A stretch of DNA of 58,673 nt, counting the filler, from Jimgerdemannia flammicorona (taxonomy: Eukaryota), in NCBI GenBank assembly GCA_003990765.1. It is 2 parts of 2 records of this genome, joined end to end, with 100 filler letters (N's around TTAATTAATTAA, not from the genome) between each part and the next. Parts side by side here need not be neighbours in the genome. Positions count along the whole stretch, not along the records: positions 29,392 to 58,673 come from RBNJ01000507.1; 1 more part is not named here. One strand, given 5' to 3'. Below the pieces are notes generated by a model. That model saw nothing but the letters and a program-made list of their open reading frames with translations. It searched no databases and was not told where the DNA came from. Each line of letters starts with the position of its first letter. Position 1 is the stretch's first letter. The position numbers were made by a program, and so were the translations under genes. Of the stretch, positions 36,940 through 49,561 are shown piece by piece.

Positions 36940-39160
36940 AAAATCACTATTTGGAAGAAATTTTGGAACTATTAGACAATATATTAGAAAATATATTGAA
37001 TATTCTCACTGGTTTGTTATCACTAATGAGTATAAGAAAAAAAATAAAAATAAAACCTGGTGAGAGCTAGGTGTAGAATCATACTACAAAGGTAGTTATA
37101 TATATTGTGCAAATGGTTGTAGTCATAAAGGTGGCTGGTCTCATTAGTTATAAGAGTTGTTGGTCATAAGCAGTTGAGGTTCTAATATAGTCTCCTATCT
37201 CTATATTCAAATCAAATTTACAAAGTAAGCTGATCAGTTGCAGCTATTGCATAATTTGGAGCTATATATTAAAGGATGTCAATATTAACAATCTTAAAAA
37301 ATATCTCTAGAAGTATTATGATGTTATGCTCTTATCTCTCCAGCATGCTGAGAATCCTTACTGGTCTAAGAAAGATGATATTGTAAGTATAGATAGAATG
37401 GAATTCTTGACATACTTAGAAGGTTGTTAGAAAAATAATTCATCAAATTTTATTATTACAAATAGGACCACACTAGTAAGACTTTAAGTGATGAGAATTT
37501 CTATCAGTTAATTACCAACTTCATTATAACTGGGTATCAGCCATTCTCCACTATTGAAAAGCTGACTTCAAGTATCTCTTTCATATAAGTTTTTCAAAAG
37601 GAATTCAAACTATTTTGGAATCAAGCTAGTAGAGTAGTTGAAGGTATTACTTATACTTGATTGTTAGATATTAAATATTAATATCAAGGTCTTTCTTAGA
37701 ATAATAGCCCATTGGATTGAAGATGTATGATATTATCTTAGACTTTATGAATATTAGCTAAATAATACACACAGGTTCCAATTTTGTGAAGAGTCTAAAG
37801 CTAGTAATAGATGATTTAATATCTAGTGATAATTAAATAATTGCTATTATATACAATAATACTAGTAACAACAATACTCTGTTTGAGAATTCCCATCATC
37901 CACTTGCTCATCTTTGCTGTTTTGAGAATATATAGAATCTTATTGTTCATAATACTCTTAGTTCTCTTAGCAAGTCTATTGAAAAGCTATAGGAGTTGAT
38001 AAAGAAGATCAAAAATTCAGTACAACAATAAGCACAACCAGCAAAAAAGTCTCTAAATCATCCATTTTGAAGCCTCTCTTAGATGTTATGATAAGATAGA
38101 GTTCTATATATAAAATGTTAGCATATGCTTGAGATTCATAAGGTAAGATTTTGAATCTATTTATATAGATTTAGAAATATAATTCAGATGTATTTTGGTA
38201 CTAAATAAATTGATATTATATCTAAATAGGGGTTGGATATATTGTGTGCTATATATAAGCAAATGAACAATATATCTGATGATACATGATAACAATTCAA
38301 ATTGATTTGCCAATTTCTAGAGCTATTTGCCAAAGTGATAACTGTAATGTCAGCTTTAAAGTTTCCTATAATAGTAGCTGTTATATATATTACTATTTAA
38401 TTGGCTATATGATTACCTTAAAGATATTAATAATACATATCAAACTAGTGAACATTTTAATCAGGTATGTATGTGATTTTGAAAATAATTTTATTTGTGA
38501 ATTAGGAACTAATTTAGTATATAATTGGAAAGTAATATGCATATATTTCAATTTAATTTTAATTTTTTTATGGATAATGCTTACTGCTACTGAGAATATA
38601 TATATAAAACTTCTAAAATATTACACCATTGAACAGCATAGATTTGGCCTTAGCTCTATATATTAATATATATTATTTTTATCATAAGTAATGGAAAAAA
38701 TCCTTAATTGATAAATGGAAGAATCAGATAGAATATATTTGAAAAAAAGTGTATAACTCTATTAATGCTGTCATTATACTCTCAATATTTCATTATATTG
38801 ATGATTTTATCAACTCTATATATCAGAAGAAACAGTACTTTAATATAGCTAATGAGCTTGAATAGTAGGTGTTATTGTTATATTTTTCGGTTTTTTTGGT
38901 TGATTTTTACTCATATTTCTCTATTTCAATTATTTGTCAGAGAATTTAGCTGATTCTTATATAGATATATCAGATTGGTGGATCTGTATATCCTAATATT
39001 TCACAAATGGCTCATGATTATCTTACTATTTTGGCAATATCTGTTCTATTTGAATATATTTTTTCTATTTCTGGTAAGCTGATAACTGAATATTGAAATA
39101 GCTTGTAGATAAATATAATTTGTAATTATATGTATCTGGATTCTTGGTGGTCTTCAGATA
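36940..39160 (+). pseudogene. Decayed hAT-family transposase
   Basis: TLDC*...FLRIIAHWI, HTGSN, NTSNN, CF..I*NLIV, LDVMIR*SSIYKML (DV.TRWNST) and the C-terminal dimerisation region YPNISQMAHDYL...EYIFS.SG. Confidence 0.85.
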
Positions 39161-39408
39161 TTTTTCACTTTCAATTACTCTAAATATTATAGAAATATTA
39201 TTCAAATTATTTCTTCAGGGTAAATTTTGGAGGGCCAAGTTCTCAGGTTCAGGGATTAGGTCTAGGGTTGAGTTCAGAAGTCAGGTTCAGGGTCAGATTA
39301 AAGACAGGTGATATACATTTCTGGGTTAGGTTAAAGATGAGTGATATATATTTTTGGCTTAGATTATAGATGGGTTATGTATAATTCTGAATCATGTTAA
39401 ATATATAT

Positions 39409-39892
39409 TGTAACATAGCAGATGCTTACTCTTGAAAGTACATTGGATTTCTGTATCTTGAAAACTTAACTGTTCTGACTCTCACAGAGTCTCTCAAAGT
39501 TGCAGAGGAGGGTGGGTGAGTTCGAAGTATATCTGCCCGCAGGCTTACTAGTTCCTTTGCTATCTCTTTTCTTTGAACTATTTCGATCTGAGGTTTATTC
39601 ACTCGAAGATACTGGGTTATTTATACAGTTTTGCTAGCTATAAGGTGGCTAAATTATGACTACGTTTTCAGTGAGTCAATTCCTACAAGTATAAATCCTT
39701 TACATTTGTTGAGATCTTTACAATTGTGAAATATTTTATATCTGTAGAATTTCTACAGTTGCTAAAGTTTCTACACTTGTGAAATATGACTGCTATTTAT
39801 AAGGCTATACTATATTGGGAATTAGGTTCAAGTACCACAATCAAATGTCTAATTCCCCTGTTTCATGTTACTAATTCGGATCAACCATCACA
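39409..39892 (-). repeat. 3' LTR of Ty3 family B
   Basis: Direct repeat of 45673-46156; preceded on the minus strand by the PPT CAGGAGGAAGT. Confidence 0.95.
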
Positions 39893-40002
39893 ACTTCCTC
39901 CTGAATAGGTGATTCATCCCTGAAGTATCCTATTCACTCAAACTCCCAGGCTTCTACAATTTGTATCTCCTTGTACTGTGTGATCTGCACTATTACATTC
40001 TT

Positions 40003-40299
40003 TCAATATTGTCTCCTGATTTGTCCGAAATCCCCTAGAATTACTTCACGGAGATGAGCTAAAGCTGGTTTGTCATCTTTGAACAATTTGTGTACTCTCT
40101 TGGCAATCATGATCTGAGTGTAGGAGAGCTGACATTCTTTGATCCAGTCTTCTTTTCCCATCCTTGGATTTGAATTCAGTAGTTGTCCTAGCTTGAAGTA
40201 CTCCTGGAACTCAGTTCGCGTCTGGTAGGTCTTGAAGTGTGAAATTCGTGACAGGTGGGTCTGGACTATACACTGTATACTATCAAAGGGTTCCTCCAT
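40003..40299 (-). CDS. Extra 3' ORF (ORF3) of Ty3 family B, unknown function; probably ran further before mutation
   Basis: 98-aa ATG-initiated ORF between integrase and PPT; homologous to 17641-18059. Confidence 0.75.
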   Translation of the reverse strand: MEEPFDSIQCIVQTHLSRISHFKTYQTRTEFQEYFKLGQLLNSNPRMGKEDWIKECQLSYTQIMIAKRVHKLFKDDKPALAHLREVILGDFGQIRRQY

Positions 40300-40364
40300 T
40301 GTTGGTGGTTCAGTAGAATACCACTGTCTCTCTATGGCTTGTTGGGCAGCAGTGATCTTGAGGG

Positions 40365-41575
40365 CAGCTGCATTACTTCATTGGCTGGTCATAGTACTTC
40401 TTGAGTCTGTTTCAGTGGATGGTGGTGTGGATGATTGTACCTGAGGTTTTTTGTAGCCAAAAGGTGGTCTCTTTTATATCTTGCACAAGGTAAGGTCCTT
40501 CCCACTTGGGCTCCAATTTTCGTGACCATGAAGCTTCTACCATATTCCGATACACCAGGACTTTGTCTCCTATCTTGATAATCTCCAAGGGCTTGTGGGT
40601 CTTTTCCACATTCCTCTGTTGTAGTATCTGTGCCTTGGTTATGTAATCCTCAGCCTTCTTCCTGATTTGGTGTAGTCTCCGTATTTCCATATCCACATGT
40701 TTCCATACAGTGTCTCTATTGGATGATAGGGTTCCTTGAGGATATTCTTCTCCAAACAGCATTTCTCAAGGGATAAATTGGGTACTTTGTGATCGGATAT
40801 CTCGGAGAGCAGATAATACTATTGGCAGATAGTAATCCCAGTTTTCATAGTTATCACAGATCTTGGCGATAACATTCTTGAGAGTCTTGTTTGTTCTTTC
40901 CGCTTATCCATTTCCTTGAGGGTGATAGGCAGTAGTCCGAATATGTTGGATCTTGTATTTTTTGTAGAGAATCTCAAAGAACTGGTTCACAAATTCTGTT
41001 CCTCTATCTGTGGTTACTTGCATTGGGGTCTTGAATTGGCAGATGATTTCTTTGTGGAAGAAATCGGCAATTGACTGTGCATTAGCTTCCTTGAGGGGTC
41101 CTGCCTCTATCCATTTTGTGAATAGATCCACAATGACAATGATATATCGGTTGCCAGTCAATGTCAGGGGTAGTGGGCTGATTATATCCATTGCTATATG
41201 GGCAAAGGGTACTGGTTCTATGTGTGCTGATCCTGGGGCTTGATTTTGTTGGTCTTGTTTCTGTTTCTGGCATTTGTCACATGTTCTGACAAATTGTCTG
41301 ATATCTTCCTCCATCCCTGGCCACCATATTGTTCTTCTTGCCTTGTCATATATATTTGTTCCTCCTAGATGACTAAGTTCATATACTGATTTCATTGCTT
41401 GCTCCTTCTTGTGTTCTGGTATGACTAGTAGTTTTCCTTTCTTCAGTGTTTCTCCATCGGTTTTGAATTGTTTCCATGTTCTGTTGATAATTGTTTGCAT
41501 CCATTGTTCCAGATGTTGGGGCATCTTTCGCTGTCCCAGGTATGTGATAATCCCATAGTAGAGGTCTTTATTCAT
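40365..41575 (-). pseudogene. Integrase of Ty3 family B
   Basis: H...WWPGM...CDKCQ, AMDIISPLP, VDLFTKW, TDRGTEF, YHPQGNG, EPKWEGPY. Confidence 0.93.
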
Positions 41576-41582
41576 GGTGATT

Positions 41583-43010
41583 TTATTGGAGTGGGGTCCT
41601 TCGGGGTGTCTGTGAGAGGGTATCTGCATTGGCATTGGTTCTTCTAGAGCGATGTACGATGGTTACATCATAAGCTTGCAACTTCATTATCCATCTGGCA
41701 TAGATTCCTTTGGGTTGTCCAGTTGTCAGTAGCCAGGTGAGAGCTGAGTGGTCCGTTTGGATGGTGAAGTGCCTTCCCGCCAAGTAGTAGTGGAACTTTT
41801 CTATGGCCCAGATGACTGTGAGGCATTTCAACTTGTAGGATTCATATTCTTTTTCAGCTCCTCATGTTCCGCAGCTGAGGTAAGTGATGACATACTCCAC
41901 TTTGTCTTTCTTTTGAGCTAGGACTGCTCCTAGTCCTTGTATGCTTGCATCAGTCTGTAGGATGAACTCTTGAGTCCAGTCAGGTCTTCTGAGGATGGGT
42001 GCCTGGATTAGTCTAACCTTGAGTTCATCAAATGCTTTTTGTTGTCTGCCAGTCCACTGGAACTTGGTATCCTTCTTGTTAAGTTCGTAGATTGGTCCCG
42101 CAATATTAGAAAATCCTCTAATAAATCTGCAATAATAGGAGGCAAGTCCCATGAAGGCTTGGGCTTCTGTAACAGTGGTGGGTCTTGGGTATGCTGCCAC
42201 TGCTTGTATCTTGAGGGGGTCCATGTGTGTTCCATCTCAGTTAATGATGTGGCCAAGATAGGAGATCTCGATTTCTGTAAACTTGCACTTCTTGGGTTTG
42301 ATGTAAAGGTCATGTTGTCTTAGTCTCTCTATTATCTGCTGTATGTACTGCAGATGTTCCTCAGGTGTCTTGCTGTAGATGATTACATCATCGACATAGA
42401 CCATCATCCATCTTCCCATATTATAGCAGAAGATTTTGTTCATCATTCACTGGAAGCTTACTGGTGCATTGTACATTCCAAATGGCATTCATAGGTAGAC
42501 ATAGGTTCCGTCTGGAGTGATGAAAGCTGACTTTTCACTTGCCATATCTGTGAGTCCGATTTGGTGGAATCCTGAGTATAAGTCCAAGGTGCTGTAGTAT
42601 TTTGCTTCATCTCCCAGTATTATGAAGATGTCATTGATAAGGGGCAGTGGTTGGCAATCCTTCTTGGTAACCATGTTGAGTTTTCTGTAGTTGACACAGA
42701 GTCTTGGGGCGAATTCTCCAGGCTTGCTACCTTTTTTCGGGGCCAGTATGATGGGTGAGGACCAGGGGCTGCTGGCTTCTTTGATGATGCCAGCTTCTTC
42801 CATCTGCTTGATTTCTTCACTGAGCCATTCTTGGTAGGCTGGTGGGATGGGTCTTGCCTTCTGATAAATTGGTTCTGTGTCTCCAGTATCTACTTCATGG
42901 TAGTAGTGTGGGGTCTTCCCTTTGATATCCTTGAAATCCGTGACAAGGACATCCTTGAATTTGGAGTATTTTCTTGAGTTCCTCTTTGAGTGGGAATTCA
43001 TCTCCAATGG
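41583..43010 (-). pseudogene. RT and RNase H of Ty3 family B
   Basis: SPWSSP, NYRKLN, LDLYSGFHQI, MPFG, YVDD, YLGH, TDAS..GLGAVL, TDHSAL. Confidence 0.95.
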
Positions 43011-43087
43011 TGTAACTGTGCTTGCTTGTGTTTTCCTCCTTCTTATGCTCGAGTTTAGTGATTTTGGTGCTGGCGAATACTCCTCTT

Positions 43088-43500
43088 CCTGTGGATCCGA
43101 ATCCTTTCTTTCCTCTTTTCGTTTCCTCCAGATTCTTGACTTCTATGATCCTTGGCTATATGATTGGGAAGATCAGCATTTGTACCAATCGGTCCTTTTT
43201 TTTGACTGGGAATGGAATTGTAGGATTGTGATTCCTAGCAATGAGCAGAATTTCTCCAGTATAGTCTGAATCAATGACTCCTCCTTCAATAGTAATTTCA
43301 CTTCTGGCCAGGCTGCTTCTTGTCTTGAGAATCCCGATATGATCCTTTGGGATGGTAATCTCTAGTCCAGTTGCGAGTAGAGTGGTTGTCTGGGGTTCCA
43401 GTACAGTCTCTTCTACTGTAGCGATGTCCATTCTGGCTGCATTTTCTGACTTGTATTCTGGCAAGACTGCATCAGGGTGGATCTTTTGAATCTTGACCTT
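43088..43500 (-). pseudogene. dUTPase domain of Ty3 family B
   Basis: AARMD, TGL, RSSLA, GGVIDSDYTGE, DRLVQ, RGKKGFGSTG. Confidence 0.92.
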
Positions 43501-43849
43501 GCTTTCTTCTTCATCATCACTGTCCTCCAGAAGGGCTGGTGGTTTGTCATCTTCCTCCTTCTCTTCTTCCCTGATCTGTTTTTTGAGAGCTTTCTGCCTT
43601 CTTTCCTGGTAGATCTTCTTGGTTCCAATGGTGCACTGGTAGCAATCATTGACATGCTCCATACAGTACATCTTGATTCCATGAGGACAGACTCCTTGTG
43701 GGGCATAGCTCTCTGCAATCTTCTTGCACCATTCTTCTTCACTCATCCATCCAACTTTCTTCTTTTTTGGGATGGTCACCACATAAGCTTCCTCTTGCTC
43801 ACTCTCTTCTTCTTCTATATCGGGCAGAATTCCTTTGTTGACATTGATG

Positions 43850-45558
43850 GGAATTCGTATCTTCTGTCCCCGGTAGATGATCTGCATCCTCTGAGCATTG
43901 AGATCGATTACTGCCTTGGCTTTGTGAAGCCATTGATTGCTGATGAGGATGTCATAGTTGGTAGCATTGGTTATGATTACATCTACTGAGATTGTTGCTC
44001 CTCCAATCTTGATGGGAATATCCCAGATCTTTCCCAGAGGTGTGGCTCTTATGCCATCAGCTGTGATGAATACTAGCTTAGTTGCTTCTTCCACATCTCA
44101 ATCTAGGTGGTCTGCTGCCTTCTTGCTGAGGAGACATCCTCCTGCTCCTATATCAATGATGGCTTCAAAGATTCTATCTTTGATTTGGCATGTTGCATAA
44201 GCAGAGGTTTTGCGATTATCCTCGCTTTCTTCTCCTGAGTCCTCTTGAACATTATTGGCCTCAGTTATCTTCCATCCTTGTTCCTTGGTTGTTTCAGCGA
44301 GTCCAAACCTCATTTGCTGTCTAAATGTTGGGATTTCTGCGAGCTGACCAAAGGTTGCATTGACCTTTTGTTGACTGAGATCCTTGAAGATATCATACTT
44401 GAAGGTCTTGGTCTTGCGAAGCTTCTTTTCTTTTTCTCCTTCACTGGCTGGAGTGGTTCCTTGGATGATATCTTGAACTGCTTGCTCCAGCTCTATATCT
44501 TTGTCCATCTCTTCAGCTTGGCTCTCTGTGGCAGTTTCCATCTGCTTTTCCACTGGGTTCTTCTTGGGTCTTCTTGGCAGTCTCTTGTAGGATTCTTTGT
44601 GAGCGTCCTTCTTAGTGGTCTGAGCAGGATAGGCCTCCCATTCCTCTTCATCAGATTCTCCAATCTCCTCAAAGGTAATTGTATTGGCCTGCTCCTTGTT
44701 TCATGCAGCATTGCTTGGTTGAGCCTTGTGCTTGGTTTCACTCATGCATTCATAGGAGTAGTGGCCTTCTTCTTCGCAAGTATAGCAGGTACCTTTCTTC
44801 TTGTCTGAGGTGGTGGCGAACTTCTGCACAGGACAGCAGTCTCTTCCTCGAATTTCCTTTACCACATCTCCCAGGTGGGCAGTCATTTCAGCAAATCTTT
44901 TTGCGAGTTCCTCCATAGGGTCGCTGTTCTTCTGCTGCTCTGTAGCTTTTGGCTGAGGTGTGTTCCGATTGATCATTGTGATAGGGATCACACTGGTTGC
45001 CTTGGGTGCCTCAATTCTGACTCCTGTGACCCTTTCCATTGTATGGTCTTGTGGATGTCTGGCTATCCAGTATCGCTGAGCATAGGTGACCTTCTGTGGC
45101 AGATCCAGAATCACTGGTGATGAGCGGATGGCCATGGCTATTTCTGGATAGACTCCTTTCATGAAGGTTGCTTTGGCTACTTGATCTAGGATAGCAGCAG
45201 CATAATCTGCAAGGATTATCTGATATCGAATTCTGGTATAGAATGTATTTGGATCCTCGCTTATTCCTTGGCATGTTGTATTGAGCTGATCCTTCAGGGC
45301 TTGATTGATCTCATCTGTGTAATATGTATTTTGGAGCCAGGTCTTCTGTGCTGTCAGTATAGCATCGGTATCATTTCCTGCATTGGTTGCGGCTGTGAAT
45401 GCTGCTCTGGCAGGGCCTCGTAGCCTGAAGGGCATAAGGGCTACTTGCTGTGCTGCTGTCAGGGTTCTTACAGCAGCATACTGCTCGAAATCATCGATGA
45501 AGGTGATGATTGATTCATCTGAGGTATATCTGTGGAATACTGGTGGTCTCATATCCAT
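43850..45558 (-). pseudogene. Gag (zinc knuckle) and protease of Ty3 family B
   Basis: CQG..E...FY.R capsid motif, CYTCEEEGHYSYEC, AIIDIGAG, YDILISNQWL. Confidence 0.9.
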
Positions 45559-45657
45559 CTTGTCTGGGTATTGGGGCTCAGTTGGTATGATTGTTTGGGT
45601 AGTAGTGGTTGTTCATTGTTCAGCTTGAAAGTGAGGAATTCATCTTGAATCACCAGC

Positions 45658-45670
45658 CAATGGGCACCAA
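45658..45670 (-). promoter_or_regulatory. Primer-binding site of Ty3 family B
   Basis: TGGTGCCCATTGG lies just inside the 5' LTR; the tRNA cannot be assigned by eye. Confidence 0.6.
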
Positions 45671-45672
45671 GT

Positions 45673-46156
45673 TGTAACATAGCAGACGCTTACTCTTGAA
45701 AGTATGTCAGATTTCTGTATCTTGAAAACTTGACTGTTCTGACTCTTGCAGAGTCTCTTGAAGTTGCAGGGGAGGGTGGGTGAGTTCAAAGTGTATCTGC
45801 CTGCAGGCTTACTAGTTTCTTTGCTATCTCTTTTCTTTGAACTATTTTGATCTGAGGTTTATTCACTCGAAGATACTGGGTTATTTATACAGTTTTGCTA
45901 GCTATAAGGTGGCTAAATTATGACTACGTTTCCTGTGAGTCAATTTCTACAAGTGTAAATCCTTTACATTTGTTGAGATCTTTACAATCATGAAATATTT
46001 TATATCTGTAGAATTTCTATGGTTGCTAAAGTTTCTACACTTGTAAAATATGACTGCTATTTATAAGGCTATACTATATCGGGAATTGGGTTCAGGTACC
46101 ACGATCAAATGTCTAATTCTCCTGTTTCATGTTACTAATTCGGATCAACCATCACA
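45673..46156 (-). repeat. 5' LTR of Ty3 family B
   Basis: 484 bp, TG...CA. Confidence 0.95.
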
Positions 46157-46188
46157 ATATATGGATTAGTTCAGATTACAGAGCACTA

Positions 46189-48880
46189 CTAAAAGCTATT
46201 GTTACTAAAGCTGTTATAAATGATATAATCCTTAGTATTAACTAGATGAAGGAAATGAATACAGTTATTGACATTGGCTAACAGGCATTGAAATTCAACC
46301 ATAGAGGAAAGAAATATAGAATTAAGATTATAAGCTATGAGTAACTAAAGAAATAGAAAAGGGTCACTATTTTGGAATAATATATCAGTAGTGAGGAATT
46401 TTCTATAGAAGAGAAAGAAGAGTCTGAAGATAATCCTATTCTTGACCCAGATATTGTCTTCTGGCCTATTATCTATCAGGTTGATTTGAGAGTTGAGTCT
46501 ACTATCTCTATCACAATTGGAGCCATTCTAAGATAAATTAAGAGATGTTCTATTATCTCAAAAGATACAAATGCCCTCAACACACCTTTAAGATTATCAG
46601 AGTAAGGAATTCATCTGATATAGTCTATCTTAAGTATAGATAAAGAAAGAAGAAATACAAATATATTCCCAAAACATATATAGTTAAAGTAGTGGAAATA
46701 TAAGTAATCTGTGATTAAAAAATATTAGAGGAAGAAGAAGCCCCTGAATAAGATATTTCTGAGCAGGATGAGCTTCTGAACTTATCTCCTAAGATAAATC
46801 TCATTAGATAATATCAGAAAATAATGTCTCTTAGTATATTAGAGAAGGATCCAGTATAGTCACTATTATCCTGAAATAAGAAATACATCAGAAGAGTTTT
46901 TCGACTAAGAAGATATTAGCATCAAATAATCTTCTACTCTCTCTAAGACTACTATAATTAATACTACTTATTAGATCAATAAGAAAGACAGAGACCCTAT
47001 AGACCAGAAGGCCTGACTACAATTGCTCAGAAAATTACCTTTTAAGAAATCACCATAATGTTAAAAAGTCAAGCTAGATAATAAGACTTCTTTATCTAAA
47101 CAGAAGTATACTCTATAGCTACCCTTCTTCCAATCTATAATTAGGATAAATACTAATTTCTAAGATAATAAGAAATCAATAAATAAGAATAAGATTTTCA
47201 AGTAATAGAATATAACAACCATTGAAGATACCCAGACTACTGAGATTGCCATCATTAGAAGATTTATCTCAGCAAAGGTATTATTATTTATATATTGAAA
47301 AAGGAAGATAATAGAACTCAGATTTGAAGAAACCAGACCAAAAAATCAAAAAAGAAGACTTTTAAGATCTATAATCTGAGAGAAGATATCCTAGCTCTCA
47401 TCAGACATATAACCTACTAAAGATTGATAGAGGATGCTACCAATTTCATAGATAATTATCTTCAAGATCCCTCCACTAGAATCAGATAGCTGCATCTTAA
47501 TCTTAAAGTATAGAAACTTATCTCTACTGATGCTTAGCCCAAGACAAACTAAACTTAGTAAAGATGTTTTCGAGTATATCCTACTATATTCTAAGTCCAA
47601 ACCTTTAACCAAAACTCATCAAGAAGATATGAGATATGATCTCTATAATCTAGAAGATAAATCTATCATACCTAGTATTTAGAATAGGACTAGCTATATA
47701 GCTGTCTAAAGGAATATATATTTAGCTAACCTTAAGAACTAGACTTAATAGATAAGAAATAACTATAGAAGGAGAAACTATAGATCTAAGATACATAGGT
47801 AAAATTAATGTTATCTGAATAAAAGTATTATAAAATAGTACTGAATCGTTAGAGGACAAAAGATTACACAAGTAATCTTCATAAAAGTCAAGATTTTCCA
47901 TATAAGAAGTCCCCAAATTGACTAAAGAAATAAAACAAACTGAAGGATTTAAAATCTCAGCTAGAAGAAAGTATATCTTCTCCAAGTTACTACTTTAAGA
48001 AGAATGTCCCTCAGTAAGTATTTTGCCAACCAGTTAAGCTATACCAGATCCTTATCCTAGAGTCTGAAGAATAGACTATCTTTGAAATCTTTATATTATC
48101 TGATCCTAGAAATCTCTTCTTTGAATTTAATAAAGATAGCAAGAACCTGAATATCAAAATATATATTCCTCAATAGATGAATCCTGTATACTCTTAAGTA
48201 ATAAATAAGAGCTAAGAAAGCATTATATTGCCAAAAGGTATCATTATTAGATATCTAGTACTCTAACTCAACTGAATCCATAGAGAAGTCTATAAGTTAA
48301 ATTTATTAGAAAATCACAAAAGATTCTAGAAGACAGAATACACCCCTCTGTATTCTAGGAGAAAGTAAATCTTCTAATAACTTTAAAGAAGAATTGACAC
48401 TTCAGTAATTGAAATAATTGATAGAACTCCTTCATAAATATAAAGATATCTTTACTACTAACTATAGCAATCTACTATATAATCTATCATATCATTATAT
48501 TCTAAATATAGAAAATGTAATACTTATTCAGCAAAAGTCTTATAAAATAACCTATTATCTAAAGATATTGAAAAAGAAATACATTTAAGAACTCTTAAAC
48601 AACAGAGTTATTTGACTCTCTACTAATCTCTGTATCAGCTTTATACTAATTATTCTTAAGAAAGGAGGATAGAGACTCTATATAGCCTACAGAAAGCTCA
48701 ATTTAGTTACAGAAAAAGATATCTACTCCTCCTAGAATTAATGATCTCTTAGATCAATTATAAGATACCAGATACTTTAGTAGTATAGAACTTTTTATAG
48801 AATTCTATAAAATCTTTATAAACTCTAAGAATATTTAGAAAACAGTCTTTCTTACTCTAGAAAAACTGTTTAAATATCTC
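46189..48880 (+). mobile_element. Old AT-shifted internal fragment of Ty3 family A (PR end, dUTPase, RT start)
   Basis: Collinear with about 7124-9722. Confidence 0.9.
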
Positions 48881-49342
48881 TTTTTTTATTTTTTATTTTT
48901 ATAGTCACTCAGACTTCCATTTTTACTACTCAATCTATAAATAATAATATATATGTACTCACAACCCCTCAGCCAATACTCCTCAGATCCTCATCTCTAT
49001 TCTCTATCTCTCTTCACTAAAGAACAACCCAACTACCTACTACCTGAACCCTTCCTCCACTCTTCTTACAAATATATTTCACTAGATTTGATGCCCCCCC
49101 CAACCCAATTCCTACCCTCTCCACCACTCATTAAAAATCTCAAGTATTAATCATTCTCAATATACTACCTGAGCTCCAACTACAATCTACTAGCCCTCCT
49201 TAAAGATATAAAGCCAATGACTGACCAGCCCTATTCAAATTGCCAGGACCCATCCCAAGGTCAACCATTCATCTCCAACCCCACTCACCAACCTAGGCCA
49301 GAGGTCCCCCCATCTCTCTCCTACCCTCCTCACTAAGAGCTG

Positions 49343-49495
49343 TATTGAAATATATAGGTTACAACTCGATATATGGTGGTACAGCCTTCCTTGACTACAT
49401 CATCATGTAAACGTCATTAATTGCGATGCATAAAAGTGCATAAGAATTAGCAATAAACAGTTTGCTTCTCCCTCCATTCCAAGTATTCCACAACA
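49343..49495 (+). repeat. Copia 5' LTR
   Basis: TATTG...CAACA; repeat of 54268-54420. Confidence 0.95.
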
Positions 49496-49498
49496 AAA

Positions 49499-49510
49499 GG
49501 TTATGAGCTC
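49499..49510 (+). promoter_or_regulatory. Copia PBS complementary to the tRNA-Met anticodon stem-loop
   Basis: GGTTATGAGCTC, matching the GGTTATG(A/G)GCCC type used by Drosophila copia and yeast Ty5. Confidence 0.8.
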
Positions 49511-49561
49511 CACTTAGTGGCTATACACTCCTCTTACACATACACTACACTACACTATACA

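Larger units (their letters stand above)
39409..46156 (-). mobile_element. Complete Ty3/gypsy element family B with dUTPase and an extra 3' ORF
   Basis: Two 484-bp TG...CA LTRs, 4-bp TSD ATAT, PBS, PPT and gag-PR-dUTPase-RT-RH-IN. Confidence 0.95.
39215..46188 (+). mobile_element. Right subterminal region of the hAT element, interrupted by Ty3 family B; probable end GAGCACTA
   Basis: GGTTCAG/GGTCAG-type short repeats at 39240-39400 resume at 46161; Ty3 family A sequence begins at 46189. Confidence 0.55.

Noticed and set aside
39240..39400. Telomere-like GGGTT/TTAGG repeats
   Set aside because: Irregular, and located immediately after the hAT transposase; they fit subterminal repeats better.
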